DNA from: Tubiluchus corallicola
Taxonomy: Eukaryota > Animalia > Priapulida
Length of the DNA: 64,000 nucleotides
Direction of reading: 5' to 3'
Assembly: GCA_030141605.1 (NCBI GenBank)
Contig: JAQGDQ010000072.1
Location: 496,001 to 560,000 of the forward strand
The notes under the pieces were generated by a model. The model ran no database searches and was not told the DNA's origin. It worked only from the letters and a program-made list of their open reading frames with translations. This document shows positions 10,601 to 22,600 of the stretch, one piece after another (within the stretch, counting starts at the first letter, position 1; the number at the start of each line of letters is the position of its first letter). The translations under genes were made by a program, and so were the position numbers.

Positions 10601-13600
10601 GCGATTCCAAAGTAGTATTGGGCTATATCGCAAACCAAACAAGGAGGTTTAAGATTTTCGTCGCCAACAGAGTGCAGCAAATTCTAGACACATCGAACCC
10701 GACGCATTGGCACTATATTGATACTAAATCAAACCCGAGTGACGTGGCTTCGCGAGGTCAGCAAGTAGAACAGTTTATCAACAACAACATTTGGTTTCGT
10801 GGACCAAAAATGCTTTATGCCGAAGATGAATTTTGGAAGAACACTGGCATGCAGTCATTTAGCATTGCGGAGACCGATCCCGAATTGAAATCAGTCAGGA
10901 CAATTGGCGCTGCATCACATGACTCTACCAGGCTTATTGACACTTTAGAATCACGCTGTTCTTCGTGGTACAAGATGAAGAGAACACTTGCAACAGTTAT
11001 GCGAGCTTGCAATGCATTCAGATCGAAGCTTTCCACTGCAAAGCCGGCTACCAGCTCCTTAATGAACGACGTAGAAATGAATGGACAATTTTCTGTTGAG
11101 TCATTACTTGCCGCAGAGAATATGTTATACCTTCTTCTTCAGTCGAGAAATGGTGAAACCTTTAAAAGAAACTGTAAACCGTTGATGGACAAATTAGGAG
11201 TAGCCAGAGTTGGTGGAAGAATACAGCAATCTGATTTGACATTTTGCGAGAAGCATCCGGTCATAATTCCACCTAAAACAGCAACTTCGAAGCTAATTAT
11301 CAGATGGTTTCACGAAAAGATTGTACATCACTCTGGACGTGGTCTAACCATGAACGCGATTCGAACTGCAGGATTATGGATAATCAATCTCAATTCAAAT
11401 GTACGCAACGTCATCAGAAACTGCATTACTTGCCGTAAGTTACGCCGCCCACATGAAGAGCAAAAGATGTCGGTCCTGCCAGTCGATCGTCTCACGCCAT
11501 CACCGCCATTTACATATTGTGCCACGGATGCGTTTGGACCGTTTTTTGTTCGAGAAGGCCGTAAGACTCTAAAACGCTACGGCATCATTTTTACCTGCTT
11601 GGTAAGCAGAGCTGTCCATTTAGAGTTAGCTGCATCACTAGACACAGATGCCTTCATTATGGCACTACGTCGCTTCCTTGCCAGAAGAGGTCCAGTTAGG
11701 CAAATGCGAAGTGATTGCGGTACCAACTTTGTGGGAACCATAACTGAGACAAAGGAATGCTTCAAAGAGATGGACAACGAAAAAATTCGCAATTATCTGT
11801 TGCAGCATGGAGCGGATTGGAAATTCAATGTGCCATCAGCCAGCCACCATGGAGGCACATGGGAACGTTTGATTGGGGCCTCGAGACGCATTCTTGAAGC
11901 CTTGCTACAAGAGAATTCTGCACTTCTCACAGATGAATCTCTTAGGACGCTGTTGATAGAAGTAGAGGCAGTCATGAATAGTCGACCAATTACAGTTGAA
12001 GCACTGAGCGACCAGGAACTTTTGCCTTTATCCCCCAATTCTATTTTGACTGGGAAAACAAGAGTGGTTCTTCCTCCACCAGGAAACTTCCAGCGACCGG
12101 ACCTGTACTGTCGCAAGCAATGGAGAAGAGTCCAGTATCTGATGGAACAATTCTGGACTCGGTGGAAGAGAGAATATTTGCAAAGCCTGCAGTCGAGATC
12201 CAAATGGCTTCATCACAAGCGCTCACTGAAGATCGGTGACATTTGCCTCATCATGGATGACAATCAACCTAGAAACGTTTGGAAATTATGTCGCGTTATT
12301 AGGACCTATCCAGACTGTCAGGATCAAGTCCGGAGCGTGAGAGTCAAAACACAGGATACAGAACTTGACAGACCGATCTCCAAACTAGTTCTACTTGTGG
12401 AGAATGATGAAGGTTCAATTCCCGTCGAGGGAGCCACTCGTCAAAATTCTTAAGAAGACATTTTGGGGGAGCCAGATGTTGGTGTCAAGCAATTCAATCA
12501 AAAATTCTATCATTATTTGTTTTCTTTTTACAAATTTACAAATATGCATATGCAAAACTGTTTAAAAAGGAAGCCAGCCTTAGTCATGTGACTTACGCTT
12601 TTAGTAGTGCACGCCACCTATCAATCAAACTTGTTTCTATACGTAGTCACACTTTCTGTTGCCGCTATACTGTTCATTCCGTTTTGTGATACTTTCGTTG
12701 TTTTTGTCTATTAACTAGTTGCATTTTCAAGCCAAGTCACCAGTAAATGTAAGTCACATCTACCTTTATAATTAGTTAAACGTTTAAATCGGTTAAAATT
12801 GCTTCATAGAGTCATAAAGTAATAATTTGTTTCAATCTTCTTAAAACTTCTTAAAACTTTTTAAAACTTTTTGTCTAAATGGTAATAAGCTTTTGCACAT
12901 TCCAAAGCACCTTTTGTAATCCTGTATTTTAATAAATTGCAGGTCTATCGCACAGTTCAATACAGATTTTTGCCGTTTTATTGCCTGGACTGGGCGCATC
13001 CACAATTATATATAGTACTATAGATATCCGGTTCTTTTCATTTCATCATATATAAAGTCTTCTATAACATTTCCAGAGGAATTGTGTGTCATACGTTATG
13101 AATTAACGTATGACAGTATCATAGTAATAACTCTGTTTTTTTAAATTTCTAGGCTATGAATGTGATTTTGTGAAAAAACTTGAACCAGAATACCAATGTC
13201 CCATCTGCTTGCAGTGTTTGCGTGATCCATATCAGACTAACTGTGGACATTTATTTTGTCATTCGTGCATTTTTCGTTGCTTAAGGTAATTTCGTAATTG
13301 AAAATTGGTTAGTTTAGAGGGTTGCTTTTATTGAACAGTTGATTATTTATGTCTAGTTTAGTACTAACGTGTACAGTGTTCTACAACATCCAGTGATGCA
13401 AAATTATCCTTGCTCGCATATTAGTGCCAAAACTATCACTTTTGGTTCTGTGCAGAAAAACTGGGCACTGGGCAGTGGTCTTGTGGATCATGTCCTGGCT
13501 GAGGATGTTCTCATGTTTGTTAAGAGATTATTGCAATCTCAGTTAGTGTGCGATACTGACTGGGCTGATGATATACTGTAGCAATTGTTGGTTGTCCAGA

Positions 13601-16600
13601 ATCATTTCACAAAGGATCTATAGTGACTACATAAGTATTTCAGACACTTTTTTCCTGCTCAAAACTATCATCACCTGCAATATGTAATCATTGTAACAGT
13701 TTGTATATGCATAGTCTCTTCTCTTTTGTGAATGCAACAATCAGAATTACCATATAGCATATCATGTAACATTAAGGGTGCTCCAAAAATGGGGTGCCAC
13801 GTTTTCAACAAATGTAGTACTTTCTTTACAAAAAAGGTTATGGGCACTTTAAAACATGTAAACTTGCTTCTATTTCATTGGAGAAGTAACTAGAGCTATT
13901 TAAGTTACAAAAGTAAATAAGCAGTTTTACAGAATTTGCCTTGTTTTGCACAGTTAAGAAAACTGCTGACAGTTTATATGTCTTATATTGAAAATGTAAT
14001 GTGCAAAAACTAATTGCTTAATTTTTTTTACTTCTGTCTGTCTTTAATGTTAGTGAAAAATAAATTATTATGGTGAAATAATGAAACATGGAATTTTATT
14101 CATCTTGTCATCCAATTTAGTGCTTAATTTTAAGAGAAAGAGAATTTGTAACCACTACTTATTTAAGCCAAGTGCCTTTAACTGGTTTGCTGCTATACGT
14201 TACTCTTCTTGCTCTGTATTAAAAAATCAGTACAAAATACTACTAAATTAAAATGAAAAGGTGTTCTACTTTCTTTCTTTAAGATATTTTTGTTTAATAT
14301 ACAGGAATGGAGCTGGTGAATGTCCACAAGACAGGCAACAGATAACAGAGGATGTCATCTTTCCAGATAATCATCGCAAAAGGGAGGTAGAGTCTTTACA
14401 AATAAGATGCCCCTACAAGAAATATGGTTGCTTGGCGACATATGAACTGCGTGAGAATTATGTGAGAATTTAAATATTCATTCTAGTTAATTGTATGAAG
14501 TGTTTTTCAGTAGATGTTACGTTTAGTATGTACAGATAAATTAGCATTCATGTTTAAATTAAAGATGCAATTTTATTGCACAACATCATTTTTACAGATG
14601 TGATGTCTGTGATCTTAATCACTTGTTTGCTGCAAATTAATATATTTAATAAATAGATTAAATGCAAATATTTAAAATAATTATTTTTTAATTTAAAGAA
14701 ATGGTGGAAATTAAGTTTAATATCTGATTGCAGCTTCACAAATTCTAAGCATTACAAGTTTTTGCAAAAAAACAACTGCAAATTTCTGATTAAAAACATG
14801 TACTTCTACTGCCAGCCTGTTAAACCTAAATGTGTAAACTGAACAACTTTTCAAGTTTTTCGTCGTTTTAAAGTATTTTTTTAACTGAGTCCAAAGTATA
14901 AAGAGCAGTGGCAGAAATATACATTCTGAAACTGATGACAATTGTAATTCATACTCCTATCTAAACCAGAATCTCCTTGACCAAAGGAAGCTGATTACAT
15001 CTAGTTGCAACAGTAATTATTGCATTTCGATATATGTGAGAAAAAACTGTAATTGCAAGATAAATCGATTTGTAGAAACAAATAGTAAAACATGTTAAAT
15101 CTCTACGAAAGAACTTATGCCTTTTTTGTGAATAAAACTTTAATGCATTTCCTGAACATTATTAATTTTTACTTTACAACCCATGTAGGCACACACAAGC
15201 GCATGCCATTTTCGTGTAGAACAATGTCCTCTCGGCTGCGGGCAGAATATTACCAAAGAGCAGTTGGATTATCATCAGAAGGAGGAGTGTCACCATCGCA
15301 TTGTTTCTTGCGAACATTGTTTAGCAAATGTGGAATTTGCCAACTTGGCAGTACGTAACTGATCTTGTCTACATAATCTCTGACTTGCTAAAATGCTTTG
15401 AATATAATCTGATAAACACATGTCTAAATCATTTGTGCTGCTACGGTAGCTCTTGTGTATACGTACATATATACAGTAAACTACGTATGACTCAAACTAG
15501 TATAACTCAAAAATCTTGCGTATCTCGAACAAATCTTGTGGAAAGGATTTTTCCTTTCGTTTTTCCTCTTTAACAAACATCGTATAACACAAAATGAATT
15601 CCCAGTACAGTTCTTAAGAATCTGATTGAAATGACCTCACCTATCTCGAACAGCCTCCGAAGCAAGAAGTTCTACGCGAAAGTGTACACAACATTACGAT
15701 TCCGACTGCTAGTTTCAGCAAAAATGCTAACACAACATGGCTTAACAAACATGATTTAATGTAGGTCACAATATTATTATTGCCGAATTCTATTAACCAT
15801 GCTACTCAGACTACAATATAGGTGGACCAGTCATTTTATTTTTGATTATTCATACAGTATAATCAGCTGGTATTCCTTGTGACGTACAAAAGTAAATGTC
15901 GTATAGTAAATAAGAGCAATGTAAGTGAGCAGACGATTCAGAACTGTTTTAGTCACACACAACAACAGATTTTCAACGTTTTTGTAATTATGAGAACTTT
16001 GTGGGCCAACTTCTCCGCGAGAAAATGAAGCAGCCGACTTTGCAGGACTTTAATTTTTGCAAATAAGCAGACTTAGAAAAGTCTGTGATTTAGAAAAGTA
16101 TAGTTTTTAATTTATTGCTAATTCACTTATATAAATTAATATTTTAAAATATTTTTTCTAATTTTTAACTGCACAAAGGAATTTAGGCATTACTTTGTTT
16201 CTAAAATTCATTAAAAACCTTTGCAGTGCATAGTAAGCTGATGACTCTATACCTGTAATACTACACCCATAGGTTAATAGGTTCAGTTGGTTAATTGGTT
16301 CCAAACACATCGGTCCCAAAGTGAGTCTATTAAGTGGCACCTACTGTATATATATTGTCAGTATTCTTGCTAAGTTGGAAATTCTCGTATTTGTGTATTC
16401 ACTAGAGTATAATAAGTGTGTAATATACACACTAATGTATGTTATTAAATAAAATAACAATAGTCAGTACTTGTTAATGATACTATTGCATTCTGCCAAA
16501 ATGCGACGTGTTAAGCGAAGCATTGGTAAACGAAGCCAAGACGTCCATAGAAAGTAATGTAAAAATTAGCGTTATGTTCCAGAGGCAAAAATCAGTGCTG

Positions 16601-19600
16601 CTTAATTCATATAAATTAAACTTTTTATGAGTTTATTCATAGTTTTACTGATGTATTTCCTTCTGCTTGCTTGAAACCACCTATCTTTCTTACCAATACC
16701 TAGCTAGTGATTTCGCTTTGTTATCGTTAAAGCCCTATACAGTTAGCAGTTGAATGCTGCATAGTAAAATCAAAACTCCAAGGCGGCCTTGACACAACTT
16801 TGTTTAGTTTCTGGTTTCTATAGTGTTATGAGTTAGAATTGGTTACACAAAGCATGGTGAATAAACGGAGATGCATTTGTGACATTACTTCATTTTTATT
16901 GCCAGTAAACACAAATTAACAAAAACAAAACACCAAGGCTGTCATCCTGAGCAGCCATTACTTCCACCTCTATAACAACTAACTAACTAGGTCAAAAGCA
17001 AGTTACAGACCACAGGTGAGAAGCCAACCTGGCGCTTAAATTAAAATCGGCAGGCGGGTCATAACATCTCACCCCCCATAAGAAAAAAAAACTTTGTTTT
17101 TTGTTTAGGTTTACTTTACCCTTGACATGTACAATAATTAAATCATGCTGTTGGCGGAACAGACTCCATCGCAATAATCGTTAATTGTTATTTCTGAATC
17201 TGTGTAAAAATGTCAATGGATTATGGTCCGTAAATACAACAGTGGGTGAGTGACTACAAGTAACATAAATCTGGAAATTTTGCGTAGCCAAAATCAATGC
17301 TAATGTTTTCTTTGGCAGGCCAAACTGTGTAAAGAACTTCAGTAAGGCATCAACTACTGCTGCAGCTGTCATCTTCTTTAAAGGTGTAGCTTCTGGAAAC
17401 CTCGTAATCAGATCCTTAATAGTAAGAAGATACTGATATCCTGATTTGGTTTTCGGCAGTGGCCCTGCACAGTCAATTAGGATTCTGCTGAATGGTTCCT
17501 CAAATATTGGAAGTGGATTAAGTGGAGCTATAGGAATTTTCTGGTTTGGTTTGCCCATCATTTGGCAAACATAGCAAGTTTTACAAAATTGAGAGACATC
17601 TTTTCTCAACTTTGGCCAAAAGAAGTGTTGTAAAATTTTATCTTGCGTCTTCTTAATACCAGCATGTCCGGCTAATGGCAATTCATGGGCTATCTTCATT
17701 AGTTCTTCACGGTAACCTTGTGGTACTACAATTTGGTGGTGTACACACCAATCTTCATCTGCAGGAGCATCTGGTGGTCTCCACTTTCTCATGAGTACTT
17801 TGGACTGAATGTAGTAGCCTTCTGAAACATTGTCAATTTCCTCTTGTGACATGACTAGAGAAAAGAGCTTGTTAAGAGAAGGATCATTTGTCTGTGCCTT
17901 AATAAGTTCCTCTTGTTTCAGAGATAATGTTGGTGAATTTTTATCCATCTGTGCGGCAAATGTGTGGCTTAAAGCCGTCGAACCACTTTGGTTCTCTCTT
18001 GGGAAGGTAGACAGTGGTGAACTATCTTTGTCATCCGCTTGTTCTGAGCTGCTATCTTTGTTAATCTGAGCCTTTGATCTGTTACAACACAAGCAGGAAA
18101 AATTCCAGGATGCATTTCTTCAAGAATTTCAGTTTCCGCATCCATTTTTGGCTCAGGAGTGACAATAGGTATAGCGATTATAACCTCATCCCCAGCAACA
18201 TCATTGCCAAGTAATAGGGACACTCCATCTACTGGAATGTGAGAAACAAGTCCTACTGTCACGGGATCTTTAACATAGTCAGAATTCAAGTTGATTCTGT
18301 GAAGTGGTACATCTATGTATCCTCCTTCAATACCTTGAATTAAAGCGCTAGCGTTTGTATAAGAAGTTTCATCAAGAGGGATTACACCCTATAATAATAG
18401 TGACTGAGCAGCTCCTGTGTCTCGTAAAATTGTAGCAGGTTTAATTATGTCCACAGATGACACTGGCGACACTTTACCTGACGATAGAAAACTGCTATAG
18501 GTACCTTGTTTTGAAGAGTTGTGGGCAAAAGCAACTGGAGAGCCGGCTCGCTGCTTTTGTCGTAAGAGAATCCGACACTCTGATTTGAGATGCCCTTTCG
18601 TGCGGCAATATGCACATGTAGGCCCATCACGTGCATAGCCGCGCACCCCCCCCCCCGATGCATCTTTATTATCTTGGTGGCGGCCTCCTTTGGAGCTTAC
18701 AGTTTCTGAATGAGCAGTTTTTTCTTTTTCTAGAAATTTGAAGCAGTCTGTTTTAACATGACCTTTTTTGTTACAATAGGTGCACTGTACAGATTTAAAA
18801 TTAGTTTTATTTGCTAATTCATAATCATCTGCCATAACAGCTGCTTTTTGCAAAGAGTCTACCTTTTGATTCTCCAAATGCGTTTTGATTTGCATAGGGA
18901 TACTGCTTTTAAAATCTTCCAGTAAAACCATTTGTCTTAGTTTTTCATAAGATTCCCCAACGTTTAATGAACGACACCATCTGTCTAACATAACTTCTTT
19001 ATCTCTTGCAAACTCGACATAAGTTTGATTTGACACTTTCCGACTGTTCCTAAATCGTTGGCGATAGGCTTCTGGTACTAATTCATATGCCTTTAGCACA
19101 GCGGATTTCAGTTGTTCATAATTTGAACTCCGAGTGGAGGGTAGAGAAGAGTAAATCTCCTGTGCTTTGCCTGTAAAACTGCTTTGTAACAGTACAGGCC
19201 AATGAGCTTTTGGCCATTTGAGACTGTTGGCAATTTTCTCAAAGGTTAGAAAAAATGTTTCAACATCTGTTTCACTAAATGTAGGTACAAGGCAAATGTT
19301 TTTTATAACATCAAAAGTTTGGTTATTGGCTTGCTGAGCCCCCAAATTAGTGGATGTTGTTAATAATTCCAGCTCTTTCTTCTTAATGTTGTACTCCCTA
19401 TCCCTTTGCCTTTCTTTGTCCTGATATTCCAACCTTAATTTTTCAAGTTCCATCCTTTCACGTTCGAGTGCAATTTTTGCTAACTCAAGTTCATTCCTTT
19501 CTGTCCTCGTGGGAGTATGCACAGGAATATGAGGAGATTTACTAATTACAGATTTCTCCCCTTCACGTGGTCTAGCTGTTTTCAAAATTTTTGGGTTCCC

Positions 19601-22600
19601 GAGAATTTCAATAATTTTTGCTTTTCCAGCAGTTGTGGGCAACTCAATATTCAAGTAATCGGCCAGGGCAAGCTAATTGTCTTTTGTGAGTTTATCTAAT
19701 CTGGGCAATGTTACTAAGCCCCCTTTCCAAAACATTTCTGGGTCAAATTATGTCGCCATAGTTCAGTAATTAGCACAATTACTACAATATAACTTTATGA
19801 CACAAGCCTACCAACTAACTACACAACTTACTGTACAATATTTAACTTTCAACAATACCGATTAGGCACCCCTTGCGCAAGTTATCTGTGGGGGAGTACA
19901 CGTAAGCGTAACAATAGTAGTGCAATTAGCCTAGTAAAAGAAAGCGTTAGGTGATAATTAACAAGACTGCAAATTGTTCACCAAACTGCATTAACAAAAT
20001 CAATGAGTCCAATAAATATCATTCGTTTTTTTCCTTTACTACTGCAGTACTTGTGTGGAAATATCTCTGATCAATGCACTGCTTGTCTAGCTGGCTTCCT
20101 CACGTGATACGAGCTTCAGTATAGCTTGTACTAATCTGTAGATATACCTGCGACGATTTGTCAGTAGCCCCCGACCTATACATACAGGCTTGTAGCCTCA
20201 AGGCCGTTATCCCTAGTCTAACATAACTACTTGGCTCAGTTCCAGCAAACACAGACGATTGTTACCCACAGTATTTTATGCAGAATTCCCGCAACGCAGA
20301 ATGAAATTTGTCTCGTTTTTACCAAGAAAATCAAAAAAGCATAATCCTGAATTCGAGTATAACGTTTGTCGAAACATTATTCATAGTTCTCTTGTAGCAA
20401 CAGTACTTCGTGACCTCCACACATTTCTCATGTACTTTAGAGATGGTTTATATTAGTATGAAGTTTGTATACTTCAGCATGTTAGCAGCATTCTTCATTA
20501 ATTCGGAATTTTTCAATGAGCGGAATATGCGCATATTTCCAGACATTGACAGACAGACAGACAGAGACAGTTCATACTTGATACGATGATAAATCAGACG
20601 ACGTCAAACAGCTACTGTGTAGAAAAATGAGCCGTAACTTAGTTTGTCCATTGTCAGCTTTATTAACAGTGGAATTAAAGATTTAGCATCAACAGAAGAA
20701 AAAAAATTCATCGTGACGTTGCACAGTAATTAAAACGAATAGCGTCAAGACGAAATTCATTGCAACTCGTCGGTTGATTCATCCCGGCTTCGAGCCCCCA
20801 CTTTGTTATGAGTTGGAATTGGTTACACAAAACATGGTGAATAAACGGAGATGCATTTGCGACATTACTTCATTTTTATTGCCAGTAAACACAAATGAAC
20901 AAAAACAAAACATCAGGGCTGTCATCCTGAGCAGCCGCCATTACTTCCACTTCTATAACAACTAACTAACTAGGTCAAAGGCATGTTACAGACGACAGGT
21001 GAGAAGCCACGGCAGGCGGGTCATAACAATAACAACAGGTTGCAGGCAAAATTCCTTTGTGTAAACTTTGCACCCAGGTGTCAGGAAGTGTATAAATCAC
21101 AAACGGGTCTCGCTTAATACAACTAGCATTTAACAGTCAGTTGGAATGTAAAAACATAAATAATATTGTCTTGTTTTATGTTAGATGTGTGTTTTAGAAC
21201 AGAATTATGCAATATGTACTGTTTTAATACTTCAAATTAGGTAAAAAACTTGTCAGTAAAACAAAAAATTGCTTTGAGCTAAGTAAAAAAATCGTCAGTT
21301 AAAATGAAAATAAAATTATGAGTGAGAAAAAAGTGTCAAATGTTCAGCGTTGTTAAAACGAAACGTCGCTAAACAAGGAGTTATTATAGCAGTTTGTATT
21401 GTTCATATTATAGCACTGCCAACGAGTTGTTATTATTATTTTAATAAGTTTAATGCATCAACATTCTTGAAATAAAATATTGTCTAAAATCTGCAAATCT
21501 AAGCAAACAGCAATCAAAAGCTGTTAATAATACAAAATTTTGACACAAGTTTTTTTTTTGTTTTCTTACAGGCTCATGAGGATGTCTGTCCCTTGATAAT
21601 CATTCCATGCAAATATTGCTCAAAGCAGTTATCCAGGGAACAGGTAAACCTTCTTGATAAAATGATCAAAATTAGTGTACAAAACAAATTTTTTAACGAC
21701 TTAATAGGAGCTGCCATGTATCTTGTTTACAATGTGATTTCATTCCTGTGCAGCTATGTGATGATACTTGAAAAATTCTGACAGTCACAAAGCTATCAAC
21801 AATGAGAAACCAGAGTTACTTGTCTGTAAATCTTGGTGATTTGAACAAAGTTTGATCAGTTCACTGTAAATGCAGACAAACATTACTGTTGCTACTTGTA
21901 AGACACGGAACATGGATTTCGAGTGTTGTTTCCTTGCTATCTGTATGTGGTACATAGGGACAGGGTTTGGGGGTCAGGGTGGGCCTTATTACGTTGTTGT
22001 TAGTAACTGACTGAATGAACATTCTTTAGTAATCTGATGGCTGTTTAATTCTGTTATTTTTTAAACATATATCTGAAAAATTGTTACTCTTTGTTGCATT
22101 TGGAACTTAGGAACCACTTTGGACTTTTATTAAAGCAAAACAATTTTTACAAAAAAAAACTCAGTGGTTCAGTAAAAAATATGCATAGCATCTTATTCTT
22201 GTTATGTTTTAAGATACTGCACTGCTAAAACTAAATCCTACATTTAATATAATGTGGAATTATTTTAACGTAAGTCAGTAATTTAGTGTGGAGTATTGAC
22301 GTGTTTTTTTATTATACTGCAAGTCTTATGTTAACATAATGTTATTGTTTTGATATTTGTTGGTAGCTACTAATGAGTTACTGTGCGAGCATTTGCAAGT
22401 TTCTCAAACTAAAGTTAGTAGATAAAATACAAAAAAATTCCACCAAAATAAAAAAATGAAAAATTGTCTTAAAGTTTTGATTCAGTGCTGTTCAGTGCTT
22501 TCAGCATTGTTCAAAGGTATCCATTCGTATAACTAATAGCAAACACTGATGATATTATGGCATTTACTATTCACAGCAAATTCGACACCAAGAAACAGAT

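Larger units (their letters stand above)
5950..13004 (+). mobile_element. Full-length BEL/Pao LTR retrotransposon in the first coding intron of TRAF6, sense orientation
   Basis: Two near-identical LTRs, one uninterrupted 1951-aa polyprotein, polypurine tract gggggagccaga (12465-12476) before the 3' LTR, and probable 5-bp TSD ATTAT (5945-5949 and 13005-13009). Confidence 0.95.
16824..21028 (-). mobile_element. Gypsy (Gmr1-like, PR-IN-RT order) LTR retrotransposon, internally deleted and inactivated, in a TRAF6 intron
   Basis: LTRs 20804-21028 and 16824-17066 with TGTTATGA...TCATAACA termini. tRNA-Pro-like PBS TGGGGGCTCGAAGCCGGGAT (20781-20800, minus). PPT ggggggtgaga next to 17066. Flanks atag/ataa (3 of 4 bases match as TSD). 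Confidence 0.92.

Noticed and set aside
6707-12226. Short alternative-frame and antisense ORFs inside the BEL polyprotein
   Set aside because: Shadows of a long coding region with no recognisable motifs; there is also no room for an env gene before the PPT.
20130-20580. Possible Helitron-like insert with (GACA)n in the Gypsy leader
   Set aside because: Could not define termini or a 3' hairpin.
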